Positions 52,422 through 63,335 of a DNA stretch of 64,000 nt are shown here, piece after piece. Location: the NCBI RefSeq assembly GCF_964355755.1, contig NC_092672.1, positions 35,160,437-35,224,436 of the forward strand. Reading direction: 5' to 3'. Positions within the stretch are counted from its first letter, which is position 1, and each line of letters opens with the position of its first letter. The translations under genes were made by a program, and so were the position numbers. The notes under the pieces are model-generated. The model saw nothing but the letters and a program-made list of their open reading frames with translations, had not been told where the DNA came from and ran no database searches. This DNA is from Antedon mediterranea (lineage: Eukaryota; Animalia; Echinodermata).

Positions 52422-55400
52422 ATGAAGAGACTTGTTGTAAATGGTGATGACTTTGGCTACAGTGTACAGAGAAACAAAGGTCTTGTAGAGTGTTACAAGA
52501 ACCGGTCAATCAGCAGCACGTCACTATTAATAAACGGCGTTGCTGTGGATGATGCGGTGCATTATATTAAACAGCTTGCTATTCCTACAGGTTTGTGTAA
52601 TTTATGCGTGCTTAACTTGCACGCTTTATTATAATGATTTATTCAAAATAAACTACAACACAGACAAGACAGTTTAGTTAAGTTCACAATCTTGACAGCG
52701 TATTCCAAACTTAATTACATTCAACCACAGTGCACGTCGTGTGCTAATAACAACCAATAAAATGCAAATATACTACATCATTTCCGCCCTTGCAATTTCA
52801 ATGGATTGCCCCTTTTTATATTTAGTTTGTACTCCTTTACACTAGTCCAACATTTGACATAGTAAAACACAACCAGTTTACAGTTTTGGGAAAGTTGATT
52901 TTTTGGTTTAACTTGGATCTTGAAGTTGGAAAACAATGTGTTTGCAATTGAATATGATCCGATGATTGGTACCATCTGATAATCGATAGTATCAGATAAT
53001 CGATAGCATCAGGTAATCGATACCATCAGATAATATAATGTCAGAAAATCAATACCATCAGATAATCGATAGTATCAGATAATCGATACCATCAGATAAT
53101 CAATAGTATCAGATAATCGATACCGTCCGATAATCGATAGCATCAGGTAATCGATACTATCAGATAATCGAATGTCAGATAATCAATACCATCAGATAAT
53201 CGATAGTATCAGATAATTGATACCATCAGATAATCAATAGTATCAGATAATCAATACCATCAGATAATCGATACCATCAGATAATCAATACCATCCAATT
53301 AATAATGAAAACTGTGTGTAGTTGGTCGCTTTCAAACTAGCATAGGTGTTTAGCACCTGTTTGGTCTTTCCATGCATCCTTTTAAATTGTTTTGTCTTCT
53401 TTGTAATGTATATGGCAGAAATTGAATAAATAAATAAATAAAAAATAATCAATAGCATCCGATAATCAATACTATCAGATAATCAATATCATCAGATAGT
53501 CGATACCATCAGATAATCGATAGTATCAGATATTTGCTTTAATGGTTTTTGTTTATTTTAATTGTTGTTTAGGCTTGCATCTCAACTTAACTGAAGGGCA
53601 TCCGGTGGGGAAGCAATGCGATTCTTTGATGGACGAAAACAAAGCATTTCTTGGAAAACATGGATTTCGAGATGCTCTGCAAAAGCAACAAATAAACTTT
53701 CTTGATATATGTATGTACTAGCAAAGATTTTCAAACTTAGTTTTTAAACAATTCCAGTAAAATTCCTGTAATTTAGATTTAACCACTTTTTATTCCCAGT
53801 TTTAATATTTTGTTCTCCTTGATATGTTAAAGTTATCATTGAAACAACTATTTATTTTGTAGATGCAGAGATAGTTGCTCAGGTAAAGTTGTTCATTACA
53901 AAATGTGAACAAAAACCTACTCATATAGATGGACACCAACATGTGCATATTCTCCCAGGTAATTGTTATGAATAAATGAATATTGATATATATTTGTGAA
54001 TAAATTAGTACTAATTATTATTATTAATATAATATGGATAAAATCAATTTAGAATATCATTAAGAAACTGTAAAATACTGAATTGCTCTTTAATGTAAAT
54101 TATGTTATTTCATAATGTCAAATATATCATTATTTTCCATAAAAATATTAAAAAGAACATTTATTAAGATGGAGGACGTACAACAAAAGGCAAAGCCTGA
54201 AAAAAATGTTTTATTTATTACACCACCATATGTATGGAATTTATTCTGTTTGATGTGCAAATAATTCAGTTAAATAATCGCTTAACTATGCTAAAGCTCT
54301 GTCTACACTATCAAACTTTTTGTGACAAAACAATGTGATGTGCTCATATATGGTAGTGATATGCTCAAATATGGTAGTGATATGACATCATCATGTCCAT
54401 ATATGGGCACATCATATTCTTTTGTCACAAAGTTTTATAGTGTAGACAGAGCTTAAAACATTCAGTTGTATATACAGTATAGTAAACATATTCACACATT
54501 TATTTCTTAATCAATATCAGTCAATATCAGTCAATATCAATCATTTTTCTTCAGGTGTGCGAGAGGTGTTTAGCACAGTACTACAAGAATATGGTATCGC
54601 ATGGACTAGGTTACCAATTGAACTGGACTTGGACAAATGCACCTGGCTCAGCTCGCAAACGCTTAAGACGTTCTTGAAAGGTGTCGTAGATGATGCTGTA
54701 TCATCTAGAGATGTGTTTGTTAAACATAACATTAAGTAAGTTTACTGCTGATAGGATTAAATAGTAAATGGTCTACACAAAATTATTTATTTATTTTTTT
54801 TTTTTTGTCTTTATATTTACAATTTGAAAGATTTAAGCGAGGTTCCCATAATGCAATGCAAGGATGTTAAGCGCTTAAGTTGATCGTTGCGTTGTGTTGT
54901 GTCCTAGTGGGAACCATTCTTAACATCACATAATTAAATTGTTTATATTTAATGTTAGATTAGGAGGTTTAATCTGCGGCCTGTAAATAAGGTAGGATGT
55001 GTTATATTTACACACTTTTACATTAAAGTTATCTGCTTACAAAATCAACATTAATAAAATTTGATGTGTATATAATGAACAATAACTATATTTAGAATGT
55101 TATTGATTACATTTTGCATGTGTGTTGTACAGATTTACGAATGGCTATGCTGGACTAAGCACAATGGGGAAAGCATTGACAACAGACAGTATTATGCAAT
55201 CTTTGAAGAACATCACAAAACACAACCCAGAAGCTTGTACATTTGAGTACATGGTTCATCCTGGCTACCTCACAAAAGATGTCGGAGGCTGCGGTTGCGG
55301 TCCGGATGGTTTCTCAAGGTCACCGGCGCGGTACCACGAGATTCAGGTTTTGAATGATCCCGAATTGAAGCAGCGTCTGCGTCAGTGCGGATTTGAGCTA

Positions 55401-55457
55401 GCATCTTATAAAGATCTAGATACTGGTGCTATTGCTAATGGTATTTGTGGTCATTGA
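52422..55457 (+). CDS. YDJC: Carbohydrate deacetylase YdjC/ChbG homolog, 5 coding exons (possible extra upstream coding exon from 51789)
   Basis: Exons 52422-52590, 53573-53710, 53863-53958, 54555-54735, 55133-55457. Motifs LVVNGDDFG, GLHLNLTEG, PTHIDGHQHVH, EYMVHPGY, GPDGFS...R.HE. Confidence 0.93.
52969..53531. repeat. 17-bp minisatellite (GATAATCGATACCATCA) interrupted by a LINE 3' end
   Basis: Tandem units on both sides of an insert at about 53300-53447. Confidence 0.9.
53305..53447 (+). mobile_element. LINE 3' end, same family as 31565-31990
   Basis: AACTAGCATAGGTGTTTAGCACCTGTTTGGT...GGCAGAAATTGAATAAATAAA is near-identical to the reverse complement of 31580-31680. Confidence 0.8.
54295..54453. 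mobile_element. Harbinger-like MITE, family A
   Basis: TIRs, TAA flanks. Confidence 0.8.
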
Positions 55458-57613
55458 TGATATTAGGGGTGGAAGGAAAAAACAGGGAGGAGCTTTATTG
55501 CTTTGCAGAGCCGAAATTGTTACGACGGCCATCACCCTGTCACCCCCTCACCCCATACACAGCTCATCATACTTGTATTATATTAATACTGTTATTTTAT
55601 TCAAAACAACTGACTCTTTTTAACCTCTCACTACGGCCCTGCTATGCATGAGTGCTATGCATTTACTACTTTTTTCTCAGGGTAAAGCTATCAAACTGTT
55701 TCACAGAACGGACGATGGCGTCGTTCCGTTCCGTAAAACGGACAACTGATAAAAAGATGTGTGTTTCTTTCAATTCATCATAAAACGATAACAATATATA
55801 GATATATAGATATATATTATATCAATATTTCATCAATATATTTTATGGTACGTATTATTTAAAAGAGTTATACTGTATTTATTTAAGAAATGATAAGTTT
55901 TAGCACCTTATATGATTTGATTACCTGTCTGAAATAGAGGGCGCCTGACTAGTAATTACACAAAACGATGACCGTGTTATCCGCTGCGTTAGTTTAGATG
56001 AATATTTTATTTTTAAATTACATATACTAGACATTATAAGGTATTTTTAAAATGGCAGATATTTTAGATTAAGTCATAAATAATATATATCAGTTGGCCT
56101 TTTAAAAGTTTATTTTTAAAATTGTAAAGTTATATTTTCAGATCAAAGTGTATTTTGGTATAACTCATGCTGTTGTATAGTACTGTAGTAGGCCTATAAC
56201 GGTTATAAATATATGTTTTTTCGTTTTTTTCTCATCGTTTGGACCAGGGAAGAGTTACTCTTCCCCCTGCTTGTTGGACAATCTAACCATACTTTGGACA
56301 CTCTATACTTTCAATAATAGCGCTAATCTCGCATCAACGGAAATATTTAATTTTCACAGACTAACGTTTTGCAATACTTGCCACATCCTAATAACGAATT
56401 ATTTTCATCATTTTCTGAAATATTATAATTAGGTAAATAAAATAATTTATCATAATTATGTCCCTTGGTGTTTAATTTGTATTCGCTGACTGTCTTCTCG
56501 TTCTGGGATGATTATCTTTGTATTAGAAAAAGACTAAAACCATGGAGACTCCATGCTAAAACCTCATATGATTTAATCTATATCTCCATGATTTAATTGT
56601 ATAATATTGAGCTAGCTATAATTAGACTTCCATGATTGTATCATTGTGAATCCTATTTTAGAAGAAATGGGTATAATACGATTAAAGTTGAATATGATTG
56701 GGAAAATGTCCTTTACACGCATGAGAGAACGGATGTATTCATTTTAATTCCGTCTTCGACGACAATATTACGCTTTGCTCATTAACTTGTAATCTGCAAT
56801 TGTCGCCTTTACGCGCGCAAGATCGATATTGTTTGGTCTGTATTTATGTTATATGCATGGTTTTTTAACCACTACGTTCATCATTCATTCATTAATATTA
56901 CATGATTCATACAATTTAATCGAAACTATATTTTTGCAAAATTCTACTTCTCTTTTTTCAGATTCGATTTATTAAGTCATTCATGCATAATAGTACAATG
57001 ATAATTGTTTTCTTGGCAGAAAAACACAAACAAAACAATACACACATAATATTTACATTCGTGATCAACATGGAACTAACAACAACAACTGATCAAGCAA
57101 TAAATTAAAATACAAAAGACCAATGACCAGTCTAAATAGCGCTAGGTTTTTTGTTTTAACTGGAATTGTCAATCTTCTAGATCTGGTAACTACTATTACA
57201 GTACTAACTTATTTTTGAGAATATGAGATTCATCAGCACTAAAATAGGCCTACTATTTCATTTAGATATCATTTCATCATAACACATTGTGTGATATCTT
57301 TAATCTCAATACCACAGTAATTTTGCTTGCATTTTTTTGTCGCCGATATTTAGTCGCCTTTATTCATATTCTTGTAGGCCTAAATTCGCTCCGTGACTCA
57401 ACGATGTTAATAGATATTGATAGGCCTATAGAAGGCATGATACATGACCAAAAAAGGCATTTAAATGCATCTTGTTTTAATTTTTTTCATCATTACTATA
57501 ATACCAACGTATCAAATCGATTTTGAAATGGTAGGTTGGGACAATTTGAGTCATTGAAATAATATGAAGATCTGGTTTGGGAATGTCGAAACGGGTGTTA
57601 AAACCTTGATTAA

Positions 57614-57796
57614 AGGACCTTTCACACCTGCTCCGGCACGGTTCCGGTCCGGCGACGGCAAATCCAATCGAACGTCAATGTTTCGTTTTTACGCGGCTAC
57701 GCGCATATCGATTGGTGCTTGGCCGCGTGGAGCGTCGTGAAAACGAAACATTGGCGTTCGATTCGCCGGACCGGCGGAACAGGTGTGAAAGGCCCT
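57614..57796. mobile_element. GC-rich Harbinger-like MITE, family C
   Basis: TIR AGG(A/G)CCTTTCACACCTG, long internal palindrome, TAA/TTA flanks. Confidence 0.8.
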
Positions 57797-58866
57797 TTAA
57801 GAATTTACTTGTTTCAATACGCTCGGAAATAGGCGCGCGCCTGAGAGAGGGTCCAACGCGAAGAAACATGATTTCGCGAAGCTATGCGCCGGCCACAACC
57901 TAATTGTGACTGTCGCCGTGTCCCGGATGTCATCCACTTAAAGTTGTCGGAGATGATCCAAGTATAATTAATTAATGGCCATGTTTTTTATAAAATAATA
58001 CCTATATGACCTTGTTAAATTTGAAGAAACCCGACCCTAAAATCCGGACAAAATGGAAAATGCTTGTCTTTGCACAATCCGAACTCCCGATTACATTCGA
58101 ACGATTCGCGCGATTTTGCACTATTTACACTTATGACGTCCTATAGTCCTTTGCCCAGGTATATATATTTGTAGGCTTGTTTGTTTTTGTGCACATCAAT
58201 ATGTGTACAGTATTTTAATATTCAGACCTATATGTTTTCATAGTCAATTGAGTCACGCATTAGTAGTAGCCTACAAAGTGGAATAAATTATAATAATAGA
58301 TCGTTTAAATAATATCATCGCGGCCAATTTCACAGCCTATCCGAATAATTAAACTAGCTACAGCTAGTATCAGTATTTAAAACAAACAAAACGCCGTCAA
58401 CTCCCCCAGTCTTAATTAATTAGTAGACCTAATATTCATTACAAATTACAAAACTATTCCTAATAATTATACTATTTATCATTTTCCGTGCTTTTGAGCC
58501 TATTTGCGCGCGTTGGCAGATCAGCGCTTTTTTGAAGATGGTTGATTTGGTGTTTATTGAATGGGCGTCGGCTTCAACCCAATCAAAACGTTTTTATCTA
58601 AAAAAAATAATTTTTTTCGTTAACGGTAACCCGATACATGATCTCAACCATGTACCATCATTCTAAAAAGATAATTATTTCGTTATAAGCTACGGTAACG
58701 CGATACATTTCAACCAATCAAAATGTAGAGGACGGAGCTATAAAATTATAATTTTATGCTCGATATGATAATGGAGTTATTGTTTATGCTGCGGTAGAAT
58801 GTCCTGTTCTTAACCAATCGAGTTTAAGAATAGAACTAAAACAACCAATCGAAAAGGATTGAATGA

Positions 58867-58879
58867 GTTACCATGGAAC
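58867..58879 (+). promoter_or_regulatory. RFX X-box-like site in the promoter of DYNLL copy 1
   Basis: GTTACCATGGAAC preceded by CCAAT boxes at 58814 and 58845. Conserved in copy 2. Confidence 0.65.
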
Positions 58880-59457
58880 GATACGCTACCTCTGTCGAAT
58901 AAAACGAGAAGCGGTGAAGCTGAAAGCGGTAACCGAAAAACTTCAGAAGGCGAACGCACCTTTTGTTACTGCTGTTCAGACGAGTAGTTTCCTAAACCTA
59001 GCATTTTTGTTATTTTGAAATCAATATCTGGTAAGTAAAGGTTTTTATTTTGTATAGGTCTAGTAGTAATGTAATTAAACAGGGTGAGATGATTAATTAT
59101 GTTTCGTAACGATTAATTGATAAATAAATTATCATAAATTAAAATTGTCGTGACCAGCCAAGCGTTAAAAAAGACAAAAGTAACACCTTTTTCGTGGGAT
59201 TTCCTGAACACCACCATCATGTTATCAATTTTTTCCTAAAATTAAAATATTCATAGGGTAGCATAGGCCTAGGGGCCTAGAATAAAATAGTCGCCTCAAT
59301 CACTGCTGTCTGACGCTAAGTGACGTGTAGATAGCTATAAGGCCTGTGTTTTTATGATTTTTATTTATTTATTTTTAAAGAGCCCCTCCCTCAGAGCAGG
59401 AGTTACAATTATTAATTTATTAATATGATTGGCTTTTTTTTCCAGATATCTATCACT

Positions 59458-59727
59458 ATGACTGAGAGAAAAGCTGTAGTAAAAAATGCTGATATGGCAG
59501 AAGAAATGCAGCAGGATGCTGTAGACTGCGCTACTCAGGCTATGGAAAAGTTTAACATTGAGAAGGATATTGCCGCTTATATCAAGAAAGAGTTCGACAA
59601 AAAATACAACCCAACATGGCATTGCATTGTGGGAAGGAACTTTGGTAGCTACGTGACTCATGAAACGAAGCATTTCATCTACTTTTATCTTGGTCAGGTT
59701 GCCGTCTTACTTTTCAAATCCGGATAA
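59458..59727 (+). CDS. DYNLL2: Dynein light chain LC8, copy 1 (Tyr41)
   Basis: 89-aa [13 protein letters not shown]...[52 protein letters not shown]; 5'-UTR intron 59031-59445. The symbol denotes the closest vertebrate sequence, not one-to-one orthology. Confidence 0.96.
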   Translation: MTERKAVVKNADMAEEMQQDAVDCATQAMEKFNIEKDIAAYIKKEFDKKYNPTWHCIVGRNFGSYVTHETKHFIYFYLGQVAVLLFKSG

Positions 59728-61132
59728 AAAAAATATTACCTGATTTGAGAGTTTAATGGACTATGGACCAATGTAGCATTATGCTGGACAATTTTATCTG
59801 AACAACACCCACAAAGATGGACAAAAGTGACCCACAGAGATGGACAAAGTGTGCCCCAAGAAATATTATTGTTAGTTACACCAGATCAAACAAGATGCAA
59901 TTTGCATCTCAATGTTGAAGACTTTACAGACTGACTATATATTTTGGTTTATTCAGAAAGATTTATATATCTCTCTGGTGTATTATTGTTCATTTACATT
60001 CCCTGCAAATTATTACTACCTGTATTGAGAATTAAGGTTGTCCGCGTAAACGCAATATGCATACGTTAAAACAAGAATACAGTTTATTATACTATCCTAT
60101 GACCACCTAAATAAGTAAATTCTTAAGTATACTGCTTTTTGTGTAATATTTATAATAGTTTTTCATTAATACAGTGTGCACTTCTTTGGGTGGATGAGCT
60201 GATAAAAAAAAATATCCTAATTTAAAAATGTAGGTGGCCACATTATGATGACGTTGCTATCAGACATTTTACGTCAATTCATTATATATCTCAACTCATC
60301 AGCATATAATAATTTGAAAATTAGGGAGCATAATAGAAGAACGATCGTTTTAGTATGTAGTAGTGCACGCAAAAACTCAGTATTGAAAATACTCAAAACA
60401 TGAAACATGCGATAAAATGATTCTAAATTGGTTTTGAGCATTTATTACTTTGATTATAAAGCAAATTATGTCAAGTTTCATCGAACTTTTACCTTTCTTA
60501 AAATCATGTAACCAAGTTACATCATCGATGTTCTGTTTATTCAAGTTTTAGAGAAATACGACATCGAAGGGCACCACCAAGTGCGCGGACAACAAAATAA
60601 ATATTAACAAAATAAATTATATTTTGTATGGCTTCAGTTTTTATTTATACTATATATACAGTATTTAAAAAAGTATATTGATATTATGATTATGCTTCAT
60701 TATGGTCTCAGCTTATCTTTTCACTGATAATAATAGCCTACTGATCTGTTTGTGCTTGGTGTGTTTAAGTTTCTCATCCCAGTTTTGGTCATTTTTCCCC
60801 CGATTTTTCCCCGAAAATATGCAAACCACCAGATTTTACAAAGGGTTTTTGTTGAATGTGTTTCCATACCAAAAACTCCTATTAAAAAAGTTAAACAAGA
60901 AATATTTCTTAGTACATATCGATCGGTTCTGCATGCTGAATTTAAGCGTATTGGAAGATCTTTGGTGGTTACGCACCAACGTTTAGTACTGAGGGCGCTG
61001 TACCACTTGTATGTATGGTGTTGCCAATGGTTATCGTCGCGGATTAGTTATATGCTGCGGTAGAATGTACTGATTTTAACCAATCGAATTTAAGAATAGA
61101 CATGTATTAACCAATTGACAATGATTAAATGA

Positions 61133-61145
61133 GTTACCATGGAAC
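61133..61145 (+). promoter_or_regulatory. RFX X-box-like site in the promoter of DYNLL copy 2
   Basis: GTTACCATGGAAC with CCAAT at 61080 and 61111, and GAGGGCGC at 60991. Confidence 0.65.
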
Positions 61146-61717
61146 GATACGCTACACCTCTGTCGAATAAAAACGGGAAGCCGAGGCTGAGCGGTAACCG
61201 ACAAACTTCAGAAGGGGAACGCACCGTTGCTGCTGTACACACACACAGACTAGCCTAGTACTTTATAAATTATATTGGCCCAGCCTAGCATTTCTTTTAT
61301 TTTGAAATAAATATCTGGTGAGTAAAGGTTATTTGTATAATTATTTGTTATAATAATGTTATTATTAAACAGGGTGAGATGATTGATGCGGGGATTGATG
61401 ATGTCTAAAATGAATAAATTAAAACAAATATTCTCACCGGACCGCCCTAAATTAAAAACCAATCCAGCCAGACCCAGCCAGTGCCCCTCCCCTTTTATTT
61501 GAGAGAGAGAGAGGCGACTGGAGCTAGCAACCTTTATCTGACAGTTTGTACATTATTAGGCTTAAGTTAACTGTTGGGGCCTAATCTAGGCCTAGCTAGG
61601 CCTAGGAGTAAGACTCGAGGTCTTTTTAACAAATATTTATTTGCCTAACCAGTGGGCCAATATTATTTATTAACATTTTTTTAATTAACTTTATTTTTTC
61701 AGATATCTACTATCACT

Positions 61718-61987
61718 ATGACTGAGAGAAAAGCTGTAGTAAAAAATGCTGATATGGCAGAAGAAATGCAGCAGGATGCTGTAGACTGCGCTACTCAGGC
61801 TATGGAAAAGTTTAACATTGAGAAGGATATTGCCGCTCATATCAAGAAAGAGTTCGACAAAAAATACAACCCAACATGGCATTGCATTGTGGGAAGGAAC
61901 TTTGGTAGCTACGTGACTCATGAAACAAAGCATTTCATCTACTTTTATCTTGGTCAGGTTGCCGTCTTACTTTTCAAATCTGGATAA
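61718..61987 (+). CDS. DYNLL2: Dynein light chain LC8, copy 2 (His41)
   Basis: 89 aa identical to copy 1 except Y41H; 5'-UTR intron 61318-61702. The symbol denotes overall similarity only. Confidence 0.95.
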   Translation: MTERKAVVKNADMAEEMQQDAVDCATQAMEKFNIEKDIAAHIKKEFDKKYNPTWHCIVGRNFGSYVTHETKHFIYFYLGQVAVLLFKSG

Positions 61988-62421
61988 AAACAAAGACTTG
62001 ATTTGAGAGGTTATGAACTATGGACCAATGCAACATTATGCTGGACATTTTATCTGAACAAAGAATAAGTGGCCAAAGTAGTATAATTGGTGTGACAGTG
62101 GATTAAGATGCAATATTTGCATCTTAATGTTGATGAACAAAACGACTATTTTATTTTGGTTTATTATTTCATTTGTGCATTCCCTGCAAATTTTATTAGA
62201 AAATAAACTATGAAAAACTTATTTTTTGTTGCATCTGTGTTTCTTTTGAATGTCTATTGTGAGTGTAGTGAAATAGTCAACACAAGCACCGACCTTTTTA
62301 TGAGGCATTGATTGATCGTTTCTGAAATCGATAGTTTTTTTCATCATCAGTTGTTTCTTGAAAAGAAAAACCCACACCGCTGCAAGAGCAACGAATTCCT
62401 TGTCAAAACTTCATTCTCTAA

Positions 62422-62571
62422 AGCTCTGCTTACACTATCAAACTAGTTTGACAACAAAATGTAATGTGCCCAAATATGGTAGTGATATGCTTAAATGGTA
62501 GTGATATCATATGACATCTTCATGTCCATATATAGGCATGTCACATAAAGTTTGATAGTGTAGACCTAGCT
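62422..62571. mobile_element. Harbinger-like MITE, family A
   Basis: TIRs, TAA flanks. Confidence 0.75.
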
Positions 62572-63335
62572 TAACACCTTATAATATAGTGTATTGCAAT
62601 TTCTCGTAAATTTGTAATTATTTTATACAGTATTATAATTTATTTATTCAAATTTCTACCAATAACAAACCAAACAAATTTGTGAGGCAAGGAATGACCA
62701 AACATGTGCTGGACACCCAAAACAGACAAATAAAAACAATTTAATTACGAATTCAATTGAAAGTCAACTGTTCACCAACAAATACATAGAGATTACCATA
62801 ACATACAATGAGAGAAATACACACAAACAAACTTTCTTAATAGCCACGCCATTTAAAATTAATGAATACATGTATAACAAGCTCTTTCAATTGTTACTCT
62901 ATGTTATACTACTACAGTACTATTTTATAACTATATTTTTTTAATCTTTCTAAAATATTCATTCTTATTAATATATTTATTATTATTTACGGTAGTTATA
63001 TTGCCTTATTATCAAATCTAAAAGTTAAAAAAAAATCTAAAATAAAACTTTAAAAAAACATTTTACAGTATTATATAATATAAAAACTATTTTGCCGCGC
63101 CTTCTTGGTCCCCGCCCATTTTTTCTTTACCACACACAACGCCCCCTTTTTATTAATCACTATTCAACGATAGAGGGCGTTAAACCGATGCGCTGTTTCA
63201 TTCTTTTTTTTGCGTATCAAATTCTTTCTTTACACGCTTTGGCCGTTGTACAGTACCAGCACAATTTGGGAGGTCGTAAAATTCCGAAATTGTAACAAAA
63301 TTCGGTTGAATTTAAGAATTTAAATTACACTAAAT

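Noticed and set aside
60702-61063. 94-aa and 103-aa ORFs between the DYNLL copies
   Set aside because: No homology recognised, and they overlap the copy 2 promoter.
59365-61933. Antisense ORFs over both DYNLL genes
   Set aside because: Shadow frames of the conserved sense CDS, duplicated along with it.
59458-61987. DYNLL duplication as an assembly artefact
   Set aside because: Introns, UTRs and flanks are clearly diverged, so these are distinct loci.
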